Assembly (NCBI RefSeq): GCF_001194135.2
Contig: NC_068981.1
Location: 180,840,339 to 180,904,338, forward strand
Direction of reading: 5' to 3'
DNA length: 64,000 nucleotides
Origin: Octopus bimaculoides
Lineage: Eukaryota
Under the pieces are notes generated by a model. The model worked only from the letters and a program-made list of their open reading frames with translations. It was not told where the DNA came from and searched no databases. The translations under genes and the position numbers were made by a program. Below are positions 24,809-36,958 of this stretch, piece after piece. The first letter of the stretch is position 1; each line of letters starts with the position of its first letter.

Positions 24809-25010
24809 TTGTGTGTCTGTGTTTGTTCCCCCACCATCGCTTGACAACCGATGCAGGTGTGTTTACATCCCCGTAACCTAGCGGTTCGGCAAAAAGAGAC
24901 CGATAGAATAAGTACTAGGCTTACAAAGAATAAGTCCTGGGGTCGATTTGCTCGACTAAAGGCGGTGCTCCAGCATGCCCGCAGTCAAATGACTGAAACG
25001 AGTAAAAGAG
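24478..25010 (+). mobile_element. SINE family B, near full length, internal (TA)n with gap
   Basis: Head AGGAGTGGCTGTGTGGTAAG through tail GACTGAAACGAGTAAAAGAG. Confidence 0.85.
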
Positions 25011-25824
25011 TATATATATGTGTGTGTGTCATTGTGTTTGTCCCACCCACCACTTGACAACTGACATTGGTTTGTTTACATCCCCATAACCTAAGGGCTT
25101 GGCAAAAGCGATATATTCATGCCAGTGACATGTAAAAAGCACCCAGCACACTTTATAAACTAGTCAGCATTAGGAAGGGCATCCAGCCATAGAAACCATG
25201 CCACAACCAGCTGCTGAAGTTTAGACAGATCCATGTCAAACCATCCAACTCATGCCAGCATGGAAAGAGGATGCTAAACAATGATGATGATGATAATATA
25301 TATGTTAGAAAGACCTTCAACAACATTAACATGTCACCAAATAAATCATATCCAGTAAATGTTATCTGGTAATTATTTTATTGGCTGCAGAAGGATGTAA
25401 AAACAAATTTGAAGTCAGAATGTAACGATACTGCAAGGCATTTTACTCACTGCCATCCACCATGTGTTTGTGTGTATGTGTATTATATATGTATATAAGT
25501 GTGTGTATGTATATATATATATATATGGCTTAGTGGTCAGGGTATTGCACTCACAATAGTGAGATCATGGGTTCGATACCCAGACCAGGCGTTGTGTTGT
25601 GTCCTTGGGTAAAGCACTTCATTTCACATTGCTCTGCAATCATTTCGTCATCTGATATGTGACATCTGTTGCACCTGTACAGGTAATGTCGATTTGATGG
25701 AAGGAGTGAGCTTTTGTGTACACAAGCATTTGATCACTATAAACAAATCATCCGTGTGGTTGTTCGATAAGAAATTGTCAAACCCTCATACATCGTCTAA
25801 CGATGGGAGAGTCCATCATATATG

Positions 25825-25883
<59 letters not shown>

Positions 25884-28647
25884 NNNNNNNNNNNNNNNNN
25901 NNNNNNNNNNNNNNNNNNNNNNNNNNNNNNNNNNNNNNNNNNNNNNNNNNNNNNNNNNNNNNNNNNNNNNNNNNNNNNNNNNNNNNNNNNNNNNNNNNNN
26001 NNNNNNNNNNNNNNNNNNNNNNNNNNNNNNNNNNNNNNNNNNNNNNNNNNNNNNNNNNNNNNNNNNNNNNNNNNNNNNNNNNNNNNNNNNNNNNNNNNNN
26101 NNNNNNNNNNNNNNNNNNNNNNNNNNNNNNNNNNNNNNNNNNNNNNNNNNNNNNNNNNNNNNNNNNNNNNNNNNNNNNNNNNNNNNNNNNNNNNNNNNNN
26201 NNNNNNNNNNNNNNNNNNNNNNNNNNNNNNNNNNNNNNNNNNNNNNNNNNNNNNNNNNNNNNNNNNNNNNNNNNNNNNNNNNNNNNNNNNNNNNNNNNNN
26301 NNNNNNNNNNNNNNNNNNNNNNNNNNNNNNNNNNNNNNNNNNNNNNNNNNNNNNNNNNACGACCCACGCATGAATACACACACACACACATAAGCTCCTT
26401 TCAGTTTCTGTCAATCAAATCCACTCCCAAGGTTTTGGTTTGTCCAAGGCTATAGTAGAAGACACTTGCCCAAAGTGCCATGCAGTGGGACTGACCCCAG
26501 AACCATGTGGCTGAGAAACAAACTTCTAACCACACAGCTACTCATGCATCTACTACATATATAAAATTAGAACTCCAAGAGGAAAAGAAAGAAATTTATG
26601 TTTCCATTGTCTAATCAGTCATTATAGTTAACAATAAGTGTAGTTTCAGAAACCTGACAAATGCAGGAAAGAAAAGAGAGGGAGAAAATAGTAATGATAA
26701 TCTTCCTTAAAGATGAATGATTCATAAATCCTTGTATCTCATATTTATATGAAACTAAGGTTTCTGAATCACTATGCAATTACAGAATTATATGAAACAT
26801 GATACTGAAGAAAAAAGAAAAAAAATCACAAGGGTGTGTATGTGTTCCAATATAAGTATATGGACATTTAATTATTGTCAGTGATACCAGTTTAGCAATG
26901 AAGAATACAAATTATTGTGTCAGAAATAAAGATTAAAATCTCTGCTAAGAAGGATTTGGAATTATTCAGTTATAGAGTTCTATGTATTAAGATCTGTCAC
27001 GTTCTTTCCACCTGACCCTGTTGTATATACACTTTATACATGTTTTCACCCCAGCTCCCGCCACTTTGATATAATTGGTCTATCTGTTATCTTTACATTC
27101 CCTCAGGTATTAGTGTAAATTATATCTAATATGGTGCAAGAGTTTTAATAGCAATGTCAGACCCCTAAAAGGGACATGTGACACGCCCACAGGGACAAAT
27201 AATGGAAGCAGAAATGGATCCTTTAATTTTAGTTGTGACTACAAACATCTCTGCCACCAAAATCCACCCTTGGGCAGACACCTGAAATAGCTGAGAGCAA
27301 CCAAGTTATTTGATATACTTGGGATGTATCGCACATGCTAATTAAACAACTTTACTCTCGTTATATTCCTTCTTGAGTAGATAAACACCAAAGAAAATTT
27401 TGGGGGCAGTTTTGAAGGGTGGGGTGGGGAGGGGTGCATTTACTTAATCATCTGAGCTGGTAATGTAATACCAAATTTACACCTTAAAAAATTCTCAGAT
27501 ACCATAAGTGGATCTTGTCTTAATTCCTATGAGTAGACATGATTCAAAATATAAGTAAAATAGGACAGTTTATGTGATTCCTTTCATAACATCTTTATAA
27601 TTTTAACCTAATATATACTACATTTGATGGTGTATAATGTGCATTTTTGTTTCCAGAAACAGGTCTCAAAAAAATCGTCCCAGCTCTTATATTTAAAGCT
27701 GCTTTAAATATTACACACCTTAATCAAATTCTTGGTATAATACACTGCTTTGTTTTAACTTTGGTGATAACGAAAAATTTAGTAAAATAATTTTATTATT
27801 ATCAAACTAGAGACTGAAACATTAACATGAAATATTTATGGATGGCTTTAATTTAGTTCACTTTAAAATAAGAAGTTTGTATTTATAGATCCAGGGACAG
27901 TCTTGGGTGATTTTGTATTAAAAGGGTTAATGCACTTTTTTTCCTGAATGTTGGTGCTGAAACTGAGGTGAATCTAGTATGCCTCTCTGCCTTTTATGCC
28001 ATCCAAAGTCAATAACAGGAATTCAATTCAACAACCTTCATTTTTCAAAACTTCAATAACCAAATAAAAACACCAGTGTCTGCAAAAATTAGTGGCAATT
28101 TGCGTCATCAAAAATCCTTTAGTGAATTTCATACATTTGCATTTATATTTCAAATCCAGAGAGGGAAAAATCAGTTATTTCATGTTTTGTGGACATTAAA
28201 TGAAGATTATGATGATGACATTTGGTGGTGGGGCCACTTTTTGTTATGAGATACAAAATCTTAATTCAGCTGGACTATCATCAACCATTATGGCCCATTC
28301 TTGCCTTACCTGTCAAAGATAGTTGACATGTCAAGCATGAAACTGAGTTAGCTAAAACAAAGAGGATTCGCTTGAAATCTAATCTGTTGGTTAATCTTAC
28401 ACAATAAAGTACAGGTTTGATAAACCAATATATGACAGGTGACCTGTTATTGTCTAGCACTGTACTCTGTTTGCTACTCAAACATCAGTCCTGTAGAAGG
28501 AAACATTTTAAGGATGTTTGTAATTATAAAGGACATAACCTCTAAAACAAATGATTTTAAAACTGACATTATGGTTGGTTATGAAACAAACTTCTTAACC
28601 ACACACCGATGCCTATAGGTATTCATGCCTAACATTTGATATATACA

Positions 28648-28685
<38 letters not shown>

Positions 28686-28687
28686 TC

Positions 28688-28843
28688 TCTGAGTGGTTGG
28701 CGTTATGAAGGGCATCCAGCTGTAGAAACTCTGCCAAGTTTAGATTGGAGCCTGGTGTTGCCATCCGGTTTAACCAGTCCTCAGTCAAATTGTCCAACCC
28801 ATGCTAGCATGGAAAGCGGACGTTAAACGATGATGATGATGAT
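28688..28843 (+). mobile_element. RTE 3' end
   Basis: Same 3' module with (GAT)n tail; an oppositely oriented copy lies at 29205-29362. Confidence 0.8.
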
Positions 28844-29120
28844 TAATTACTGGTGAAGGCCAGTTTATAGGGTTATCCTGGGTTTCTCGCCATAAAGGGT
28901 GAATCTTTAGACCCTAAAACCTGTTGGCCTATGACCTCTTTAATATATGGAGGTGGGTATCCAAGGTCAAATCATTCCATATTCATAAAAGTTTCCCTCT
29001 TCATATTTTAAAGAGGCCATAGGCCAACGGGTCTTAGGGTCTGAAGATATGCCATAAAGGGTACCTTTGTGGCAAGAAACTCAGGGTAACCCTATAAACC
29101 GGCCTTCACCAGTAATTAAT
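28842..29120. mobile_element. fold-back MITE (almost entirely palindromic)
   Basis: ATTAATTACTGGTGAAGGCC..GGGTTA.CCTG.GTTTCT.GCCA and AGACCCTAA.ACC.GTTGGCCTATG.CCTCTTTAA both present as inverted pairs. Confidence 0.85.
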
Positions 29121-29449
29121 ATAGACTGCTCTACTTCTTAGAGTGCTTCTTCTCCGGATTTATGTTTTTCTAAAAAAAAACAATATGTATATATATATAT
29201 ATATATCATCATCATCATCATCATCATCGTTTAACGTCCGCTTTCCATGCTAGCATGGGTTGGACGATTTGACTGAGGACTGGCGAACCAGATGGCAACA
29301 CCAGGCTCCAATCTAATTTGGCAGAGTTTCTACAGCTGGATGCCCTTCCTAACGCCAACCACTATATATGGATTTGCCATGATAGATCACTGATCACTAC
29401 ATTTATATTTTTTTTCTCCTTGTTTCTCTCCTTGTTTCCTTCCGTGTTC

Positions 29450-29485
29450 CTTTCTGTTGAAGAGCGTAGGCTCGAAACGTCAAAG
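29450..29485 (+). ncRNA. minimal type-I hammerhead-like motif (family H2)
   Basis: CTTT CTGTTGA A GAGC-GTAG-GCTC GAAA CG TC AAAG: 4-bp stem I, 4-bp stem II, palindromic ACGT stem III, GTC triplet. Core has A6->U and one extra A. Confidence 0.55.
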
Positions 29486-30948
29486 ACTTTCTCTATTCCC
29501 GAGCGTTATACTAATACATCCATTTGTTGTTTACACCACCTGTCTTCGTCTGTTGTTTTTTTCGTAAATTCTCCCATATATATTTATATATATGCATGTA
29601 TTGAAAAGTGGACATTAAAAGAGTGATGATGATGATGGTGATGATGATGATGCTAGTGAAAAATATATTAGCAACTGTACTTGGTCTGGTCCAGATTTAT
29701 TAATGACATCTCATGAATTCACTAATTTTTGAAAAATTTCATTTAAAAATCATGCTGACAATGTTAGCCCAGAAATGTTGATTCACTCAGAATTATTGCA
29801 TTCAAGCATTTCAGATTGTAGTTAAAGATGAAATTCATAAAAATGCACTGGAGTATGAACAAATTAAGATCATCATCATTATCATCATTGTATTAACAAC
29901 TGTTTTGGCATGCTTGCATGATGAGTCAGAGAGTAATCGTTGAGTCAGATTTTTCTATGGCCAGATTCTTTTCTTGTCACCAACCATAGAAAACCTGTCT
30001 CAATGAATTCCCTCTAACCCATGCAAGCATGAAAATGTTGATGTTTATACAATGATAATGATTGTCGGAACAAATCTTTAATTTTTGTCTTTGCAATTGT
30101 ATTATGACATTTCTTAACATTAATTAATGATTTAGGCACTGAGAATGTCTTTGTATTCTTCAAACTAACTGCAATAACCCACCTTGCACCACACACCTTA
30201 TGTTCTACCCCACCTCCGATACACTCACAGACTATAAATCAACACCCCTTTTATACCCATACACCCACCACACACACACAAATGCATAAACACATGCAAA
30301 TGCACTTGTCTTCGCCAGCCAGAGAGCATCTACATGGTTGATGCTACCTGCTAGAAATAGCAGCCACACCCCTTTCAGTTCACAACTTGCTGTCTTAAAA
30401 AAAAAGACACATATGATGATGTAGGTTTGGATACTATGCCTGACAAGAAGACAGGATGGTCACAATTGGAATGCATTTGACCAAAGGTTTGCCCTATCAA
30501 GGTTGGTCTGGGGTTAAACAACAACACATTGACTCTCACACTTCACCACCCATCCACTGAACATACCTTGCACCCACGCCTTACTAATCACACACATATA
30601 CATACATACCCATACACAACCTGGTTTACACACTTAACTTCCTCCTTGGTCATAAACATACATACATACATACAAAAACATATGTCACACATATTCCATT
30701 CCATTACCCCCACACTTATCAAATACACATCAACCTATTTTACATACGACATAAACAAATACAGGTATATCAAATACCATACAGCATAAATTTTCTACTT
30801 ATTTATCTCCACCGCTAGAGGATGTTTCATAACTACCGGACGGCAATTAAGATAAGCTCCACTTGCGAAGGGGAGATAATCTCAAGAATCATGAATTTTC
30901 CATAACTGACAGCCATTAAGGAAAGGCCTGTCTGGAGATAAAAGGATA

Positions 30949-30993
30949 GTCATGGACATGTGTTTTTGGTTCAATAGCCATCATCAACATGAC
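30949..30993 (-). ncRNA. minimal type-I hammerhead-like motif (family H1, copy 2)
   Basis: GTCATG TTGATGA TGG-CTATTGAA-CCA AAAA CACATG TC CATGAC: 6-bp stem I; core C3U and G12A. Confidence 0.55.
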
Positions 30994-31065
30994 AATCATT
31001 CTGACTTATCGCCGGTAAACAAGGAACTTAAGACTTATATAGAAAAATACATTTATGGCCAATAT

Positions 31066-31426
31066 CTACCTATCTATCTAGGGCAGGTAAAATTCCTGAG
31101 ATCCACAGATGAGTTCTCTCCAGCAGTCTTTGTCCCTCTTTATTGCTGTCATGTCCTGTGTCTCCCAGAGGCCAGTGTCTGTCCTTAGGGCATCAACATG
31201 TGTCATCCGCGGTCTCCCTCTTCTAGTGTGTCCGTGTAGGGGCTCCCACAGGAGCACTGAGAGCAGTATCAACTCTGAGTGATGGTGAATATGTCCAGCT
31301 AACCTCAGTCTCTTCTGTGTTATTTTCGAGCTAACTACTGAGAGGCTCTCGTACAGCTCTGAGTTCTTCATCCTCAATGTACACTGATTAATGTTCAGAG
31401 CCATCCTCAGCATTCTCGTGTAGCAA
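31066..31426 (-). mobile_element. 5'-truncated RTE-like LINE (second family) with 12-bp TSD
   Basis: YTRMLRMALN..KRLRLAGH..LLWEP.HG..RGRP..DTGL..CWR; (TAGA)-type tail; TSD TATGGCCAATAT at 31054-31065 and 31427-31438. Confidence 0.85.
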
Positions 31427-33544
31427 TATGGCCAATATAATTTACATAATTTCAACAAAAATAAGTTAAGAGAAATAACTCAGTGGCCTGTGGCATGTAT
31501 TTGATCAACATAGACATATACAGGTATATCCAATACCATACAACATAAATTCTTGGTTTATTAAAAATGCCCTCCCAAGTCAGATTTATTTCCCTTACCA
31601 TTGTTCACATTTTGGAATGAAAAACAAACCGGTTTTAATTCACTACTTCATGTCTACCATTTAAATGTGATACATTCTCAAATAATATCCCCTGCCTCTC
31701 TCTTTCTCTTCCCATTTTTCCCTTTCATTTTTCTTTTTCCTCCTCCTGTTTTGACGAAGGACCGTTGTCTGAAACACTGACTTAGTTTCATTTTCTTTTC
31801 TCTGCAGCATTAAATACATTGACTGTACTTTTACTGTTTTGTTTTATTTTTTTACTTATTTCAATGATTGGATTGTGGCCATGCTGGGGCACTGCCTTAA
31901 AGGGTTTCGATGAATAAATTGGACTCCAGTACTTATTTTATCTTTTTTCAACCCTGGTACTTATTCTATTGGTCACTTTGTTGAACCATGAAGTTATGGG
32001 GGTGTAAACAAACCAACATCAGTTGTTAAGAGGTGGCAGAGAACACACACATACACACACTCATTAGACCAGTTGGAAAATGCATTTGAAATATAGTTAA
32101 CTAGCAAATAAAGAAAAAAGCCTATATTTTTATTACCATGTAAATGTGTTATCGGGCAAAATTTGAAATATTTCACCCCAAATCACATGACAGGACATAA
32201 GACCACATGAGCCTCTTGACCCTTTCCCCACCCTTCCATGTTTTCCATCCTTCTTTGTTCCAAAAGTGACTGTGCTTGATCTTAAGTTTTGTGTTTTTAA
32301 TTGGATGAAAAAGAATTAGCATATATTATTTGTGGTGCCCGTTTTTAACGCCCCAAGAAATCACTAGGTTTGACCAATGCATAGCACAGGCCTTGTGTGT
32401 AGATCAGCTTGATCAAACATATTATGGGGCTAAACAACAATTGTTCCACTTCATTAACTGAGTCAACAATTGATCTCTCTCTCTCTCCCTCAGGCAAAAG
32501 GTTTTACTTGACGCATTACGCTTTTCCTGTACCTCACAAAAAACCGTTTTTATTTCACCTGAAGTACTGAAAATTACATCAATAGATGACTGGCTTATTT
32601 GCAGGGATTTCTTCAGCCCCAGCCCCCAAATATTGTAATAGCTTTTTTGTTTGTTTTTTTTTTTTGTTTTTTTCATCAAGATATTCTCTCATACCTCAAT
32701 TTAATAGAGGTATAATTTCTTTTACTCAATGTAACAAAAATAGTTAACATTCAAATGAATACAGAATTTCAATTCAGAAAACAAAACAAAAAAAATAAAC
32801 GGAAACCAACAAAAAAACACTTATAAATATAAAAGCTGTAAAAGAAAGTATTAAAAAAATAGCAATAACATCATGGAAGAGCTACTTCAACCATCTAAAA
32901 AACATACAAAAACTGATAAATTCATTTTTAATTTATTCCTTGCAGCGTCCAAATTTTTGTCACAGAACTGAAACCTGGTGATCAGATTGCAGCTGAACAA
33001 TGAAAATTTCGATACCTGAGGAAATAAAAGAAAAGTATATTTTGCATAATAAGAATTTTAAAAACTAAGGGATATGAAATAAATCCTTTTTAATGGCACA
33101 ACTCAAAGTAGATAAATCAGTATTGAGAATCATCATTTCTCATTATCTCTGCCAGTGACGGAATGTTCACTGACATGAGATAGTTGCCTCCATATTATGA
33201 GTGCATGTCATTGGAGTGTGTGTTAGCCATACTCTTCCATACCGACTTAGGGCATGTTGGAAAAAGATATTAATTTGGGAGTTTTCCTCCTCCTAGATTG
33301 ATTGCTTTCATCACAGCTGAGGAGCACAATCTACCCTCACAAAAATCTATTTAACCCATAGACAGGACCCTCACAGATACTACCATTCTGGATCAAGATG
33401 TACCTGGGAGTAATGGTTATTAAAGGGTGACTCCACACTCCATACAACCCCAGAACTGGAATCTCATCACCAAATGCAGTTTAATATCATACCAGTATGT
33501 AGAATATCGGGTTAAAAAAAATCCTTGGATGCAAAAAAGTTGAA

Positions 33545-33615
33545 GGCTAGCCATGGGACTCGAACCCACATCTTCGGTGAACATGACAGATGTGCTACCA
33601 TTACACCAAAGTAAC
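33545..33615 (-). ncRNA. tRNA-like cloverleaf (71 nt) followed by a T6 Pol III terminator; non-canonical, not assignable to an isotype
   Basis: A-box TGGTGTAATGG, B-box GGTTCGAGTCC; D stem GTGT/GCAC, T stem GTGGG/CCCAT; weak acceptor stem; loop CATGTTC lacks U33; TTTTTT 6 nt downstream. Confidence 0.55.
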
Positions 33616-34024
33616 ACTTCAAATTTTTTCTATCTGTTTCAGAAGCTTTGTCCTTAACAGTGAGAATACTATGTTGTCTACATCATAAGAATTCTAGAAA
33701 CTTTAAAAGATATGAAATAAATCATTTTAAATGGTAGAAGATAAATCTATAAATAATGGATGTAGAATATTAGGGCAGCTTTCAACGTTTTTTCCATCCC
33801 AGGGTTTTTCAACTCAATATTTTATATGTTATTACTTTATAGTTTTATCAACTTTGAGTTCTGCCATTAAAAATAGTTAATTTAACAGTTTTTGTGTGTT
33901 TTTAGATAACTAAAATGGTTTTTCCATGATGTAACTGCTTCAGTTTCCACATATTCATTTCCAACCAAATCACTTGCTAGACAAGTACAACCTCCAAAAC
34001 ATAAATAGTAGTTTGGAAACTTAC

Positions 34025-34600
34025 TTTCAGAACAGTTAGTGTTATATGTTGATGGACAGCCATTGTATACAAATCCGGTTGAGCTGGCTGAAGTTAGGTC
34101 AATATTTGGACCAGACATCAAACAACCAGTAAAATTGAATCCCACCAGCAGTGCTGAACCATTTTGTAGTTTAACATTCCAAAGATTTTGGTTGAACGAG
34201 TCGTTTGCAATTAATTTTGTAAACAATATGTCAGGTCCTTTCTGCACTATAATTGAAAGATTGCCCAGGAGAAATTCAAACTTTACAAAATACCAGGCAT
34301 TGTCATTTAAATTCTCACCTACTGTCACATTAGAAAGAGAACTGTTTATTTGCCATTCAAGGTTCAAAACTCCATTGTTCAGTGTTAATGTTAAGCTGTT
34401 ACCAGTAGCACCAACTTGATGAAGTAATTTACCATTGGAACAAGTCCGAAAAGAAAGTCCAGAATTTGACTTAAGCTGCCAAATTTGAGATATATTGAGA
34501 AAGCCTGATGCATTTAAATACACATTGTTTGATAAAGTAGTGGAGAATGATGATGATGATGTCTTTACTGGAGGGAGAAAAAAGGTAACCAGTAGTAGCC
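34025..34600 (-). CDS. crb: crumbs exon 2: end of signal peptide plus N-terminal laminin-G-like domain (576 nt, phase 1-1)
   Basis: Acceptor ttattttcag|GG at 34601/34600; donor GAA A|GTAAGT at 34025/34024. Translation VYLNASGF..GLSFRTCSNGKLL..LNDNAWYFVKFEFLLGNL..IANDSFNQ..LLVGFNFTGCLMSGP..NGCP lines up motif by motif with the Drosophila Crumbs N-terminal LamG-like domain as I recall it (YFNGS..SFRSC.GG..DNRWH..GNL..ANSTYN..GNSFSGCL.GP..GHCP). Nine N-x-S/T sequons. Confidence 0.9.
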
Positions 34601-35389
34601 CTGAAAATAAAGAAAAATATATATAAATATTGAATTCTCATATTAACAATAATAAATTCTCATTAACAATAATAAATATTGAATTCTCATATTAACAATA
34701 ATAAAGTCAACAGGTTCCCAAAATATTTTGTCGTGCAACCTGCAGACAGTTTTCCAAAAATCATAAAACCCATACCTATATTCTTACCCCTGTTACCCTC
34801 ACCTCTACCCCATCCCAATTTCAAGAAAACATTAAATGAAACAAGAACTTATGAATTTGAAAATGGTGAATAACATTTTTTCCTGAAAAAACTTCTAACA
34901 AGTTGGGCAAGTTGGCAACCTGGCCAGTCCGCCACTGTTCTACAATATGCAAAATGTTTTAATTCCTAATAATATTTATAGATATACAGTAGGATGGTTT
35001 TTTTATACATATCAAATATATATGGAGGGCCAGTGGAGAAAAATAGGCATCAAAAGGGGTTCATAGGAAAAACGGTTGAGAATCACTTCTGTAAGGTAAT
35101 TGGATATACTGAATATAGAAGTTATAAGCTGTGGACAAGATATCAAATTTTAATGGGGTACCTTTTTGGAAAAGGTACACTGAATTTAACTGTCATCTGA
35201 CAAGGCTTTTAATACTGTTAGCCTTCTTATTTTATAAAATATAAATTATTATTACCTTTTACTTTTAACAACCAGAAACCGTGACAAAAAGTAAAAGTAA
35301 TGTGCTAAACTCAAGGACTACCTTGTTTCAAAATATTACAAAATTTTACACAGACTAAAACTGGAATTTCAGAATGAAAGTGGGCTGTA

Positions 35390-35522
35390 TATATTACACA
35401 CACACACAAACATTACACACACAAAGACACATATATACACACACACATGCACAAACACACATATATACATACACACAAACATATATACATACATATATAT
35501 ATACATATATATATATACATAC

Positions 35523-35591
<69 letters not shown>

Positions 35592-35630
35592 AATAAATAT
35601 ATATATGTGTGTGTGTGTGTGTATATATAA
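35390..35630. repeat. compound (CA)n/(TA)n/(TG)n microsatellite
   Basis: Direct observation. Similar tracts at 1960-2220, 17576-17631, 25820-25883, 61540-61650, 61845-61950 and 63930-64000. Confidence 0.95.
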
Positions 35631-36139
35631 ACACTTTCTTTCAAGTAGGGTTTGTATAGATGTATAAAAGAAGCATGAGAAAGTAATAAAAATGTGAGAA
35701 TTTCATTGTGTAAACTCCGTGTTATTAGCGTAAACACTGTTTAACAAGTGTAAACACATTTACATATTTATAATTAAACTGTAGTTTACTCATCTATACA
35801 ATATATAGATCACTTTCTAGCTCCACCCAAAACTCTCCCTTCTAAAATGTGAGTAGTCATGTAACACCTCTACTGCAAGAAACCTGTTCTACTCCAGCCT
35901 TTTCTTCTTATACTTTACCCCTCTCTCTACTCCTTATTCTCCAAGCATAAAGTTGCCTCCCACTCGTCTCAGGGTCTGTTGTCTCACAAGCTGCATTGCA
36001 ACCCCCACATGTGCTGGTTGCATGAAAAATGTACCTGGTGCATGCTGTAGAGTGCTTGGTGTTAGAAAGAGCATCCAACTGTGAAATTTAACATCTGTTT
36101 TTCATGCAGGCATGGGTGGGACGGTTTGTCAGTTATTAG

Positions 36140-36917
36140 AGGGGAGATAATCATTTTTTTATCATAATTTGTGCGATTAGAAATTTGGATTTGAAATTAA
36201 GAAAATTGGAAGAGTTACATTTGAAGAATAATCTAGATGACAGGTTGTGTAAAAGATGCCCACTTCATTTGAGTGTTGAGGATATATTTATATTAAATGG
36301 CTCAACTGTTACAATCGCAACGACTTAGGACCCGAGAATCTACATGTTATAAAGGAATGTCCAGTAATTTACTGGGAGATACAGTAACTGGTGCAGTTTA
36401 TCATCAAAAGGTTTGATTGGAGCACTCTTTTTTGACAGTACTGTAACTGGTTCCATTTACCAGAACTTGTTGAAGCAATCTGACATGTCAAGCATTCAAA
36501 GAGGACCTTGAAGATGTGGAATTTTATTCCCAGCAAGATGGGGACCCTTCATGCTACTATAATAATGTAAGGACGTACCTTGATTAGATTTTAACAAATA
36601 GGTGGATTGGATGAAGAGTTTCAGTAGAATACCCTTCGCATTCACTGGACCCCAAATCAGTAGATTTTTAAAGCGATACTTAAAAGATAAGTTTACATAT
36701 AAAACTAACAATAGTTAAAGAATTTGGGTACAACCATTGAACGAGAATGCGCTCAAATAGCGAACAAAATGCTTCTTGATGTTTGCAATCCCATTACTTC
36801 GTGTTATCAACAATGTCTGGACCAGAAATTTCATCAGTTTGAAAACAGACGTCCATGAAATAATTAATACACACTGACTTTAAAAGCGATGTCCATACGT
36901 TTCTTGGGACACCCTAT
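36140..36917 (+). mobile_element. Tc1/mariner superfamily (DD37D/maT-like) transposase relic with 3' TIR, in crb intron 1
   Basis: Frameshifted LIG.LFFD.TVTG..FYSQQDG..VRTYLD..NRWIG..EYP..YLKDK..YQQCLDQ..QFEN (QQDGAP / RWIG / WPPRSPDL-type motifs); ends GGGACACCCT. Confidence 0.7.
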
Positions 36918-36958
36918 TATGTACGTACATACATATATGCATGCATACATTCAATTAC

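Noticed and set aside
33882-34024. C-terminal tail of the 213-aa ORF (SKFPNYYLC..)
   Set aside because: Read-through past the GTAAGT donor into the intron. The track's initial M is a GTG inside exon 2.
34039-34419. 126-aa plus-strand ORF
   Set aside because: Antisense shadow of crb exon 2.
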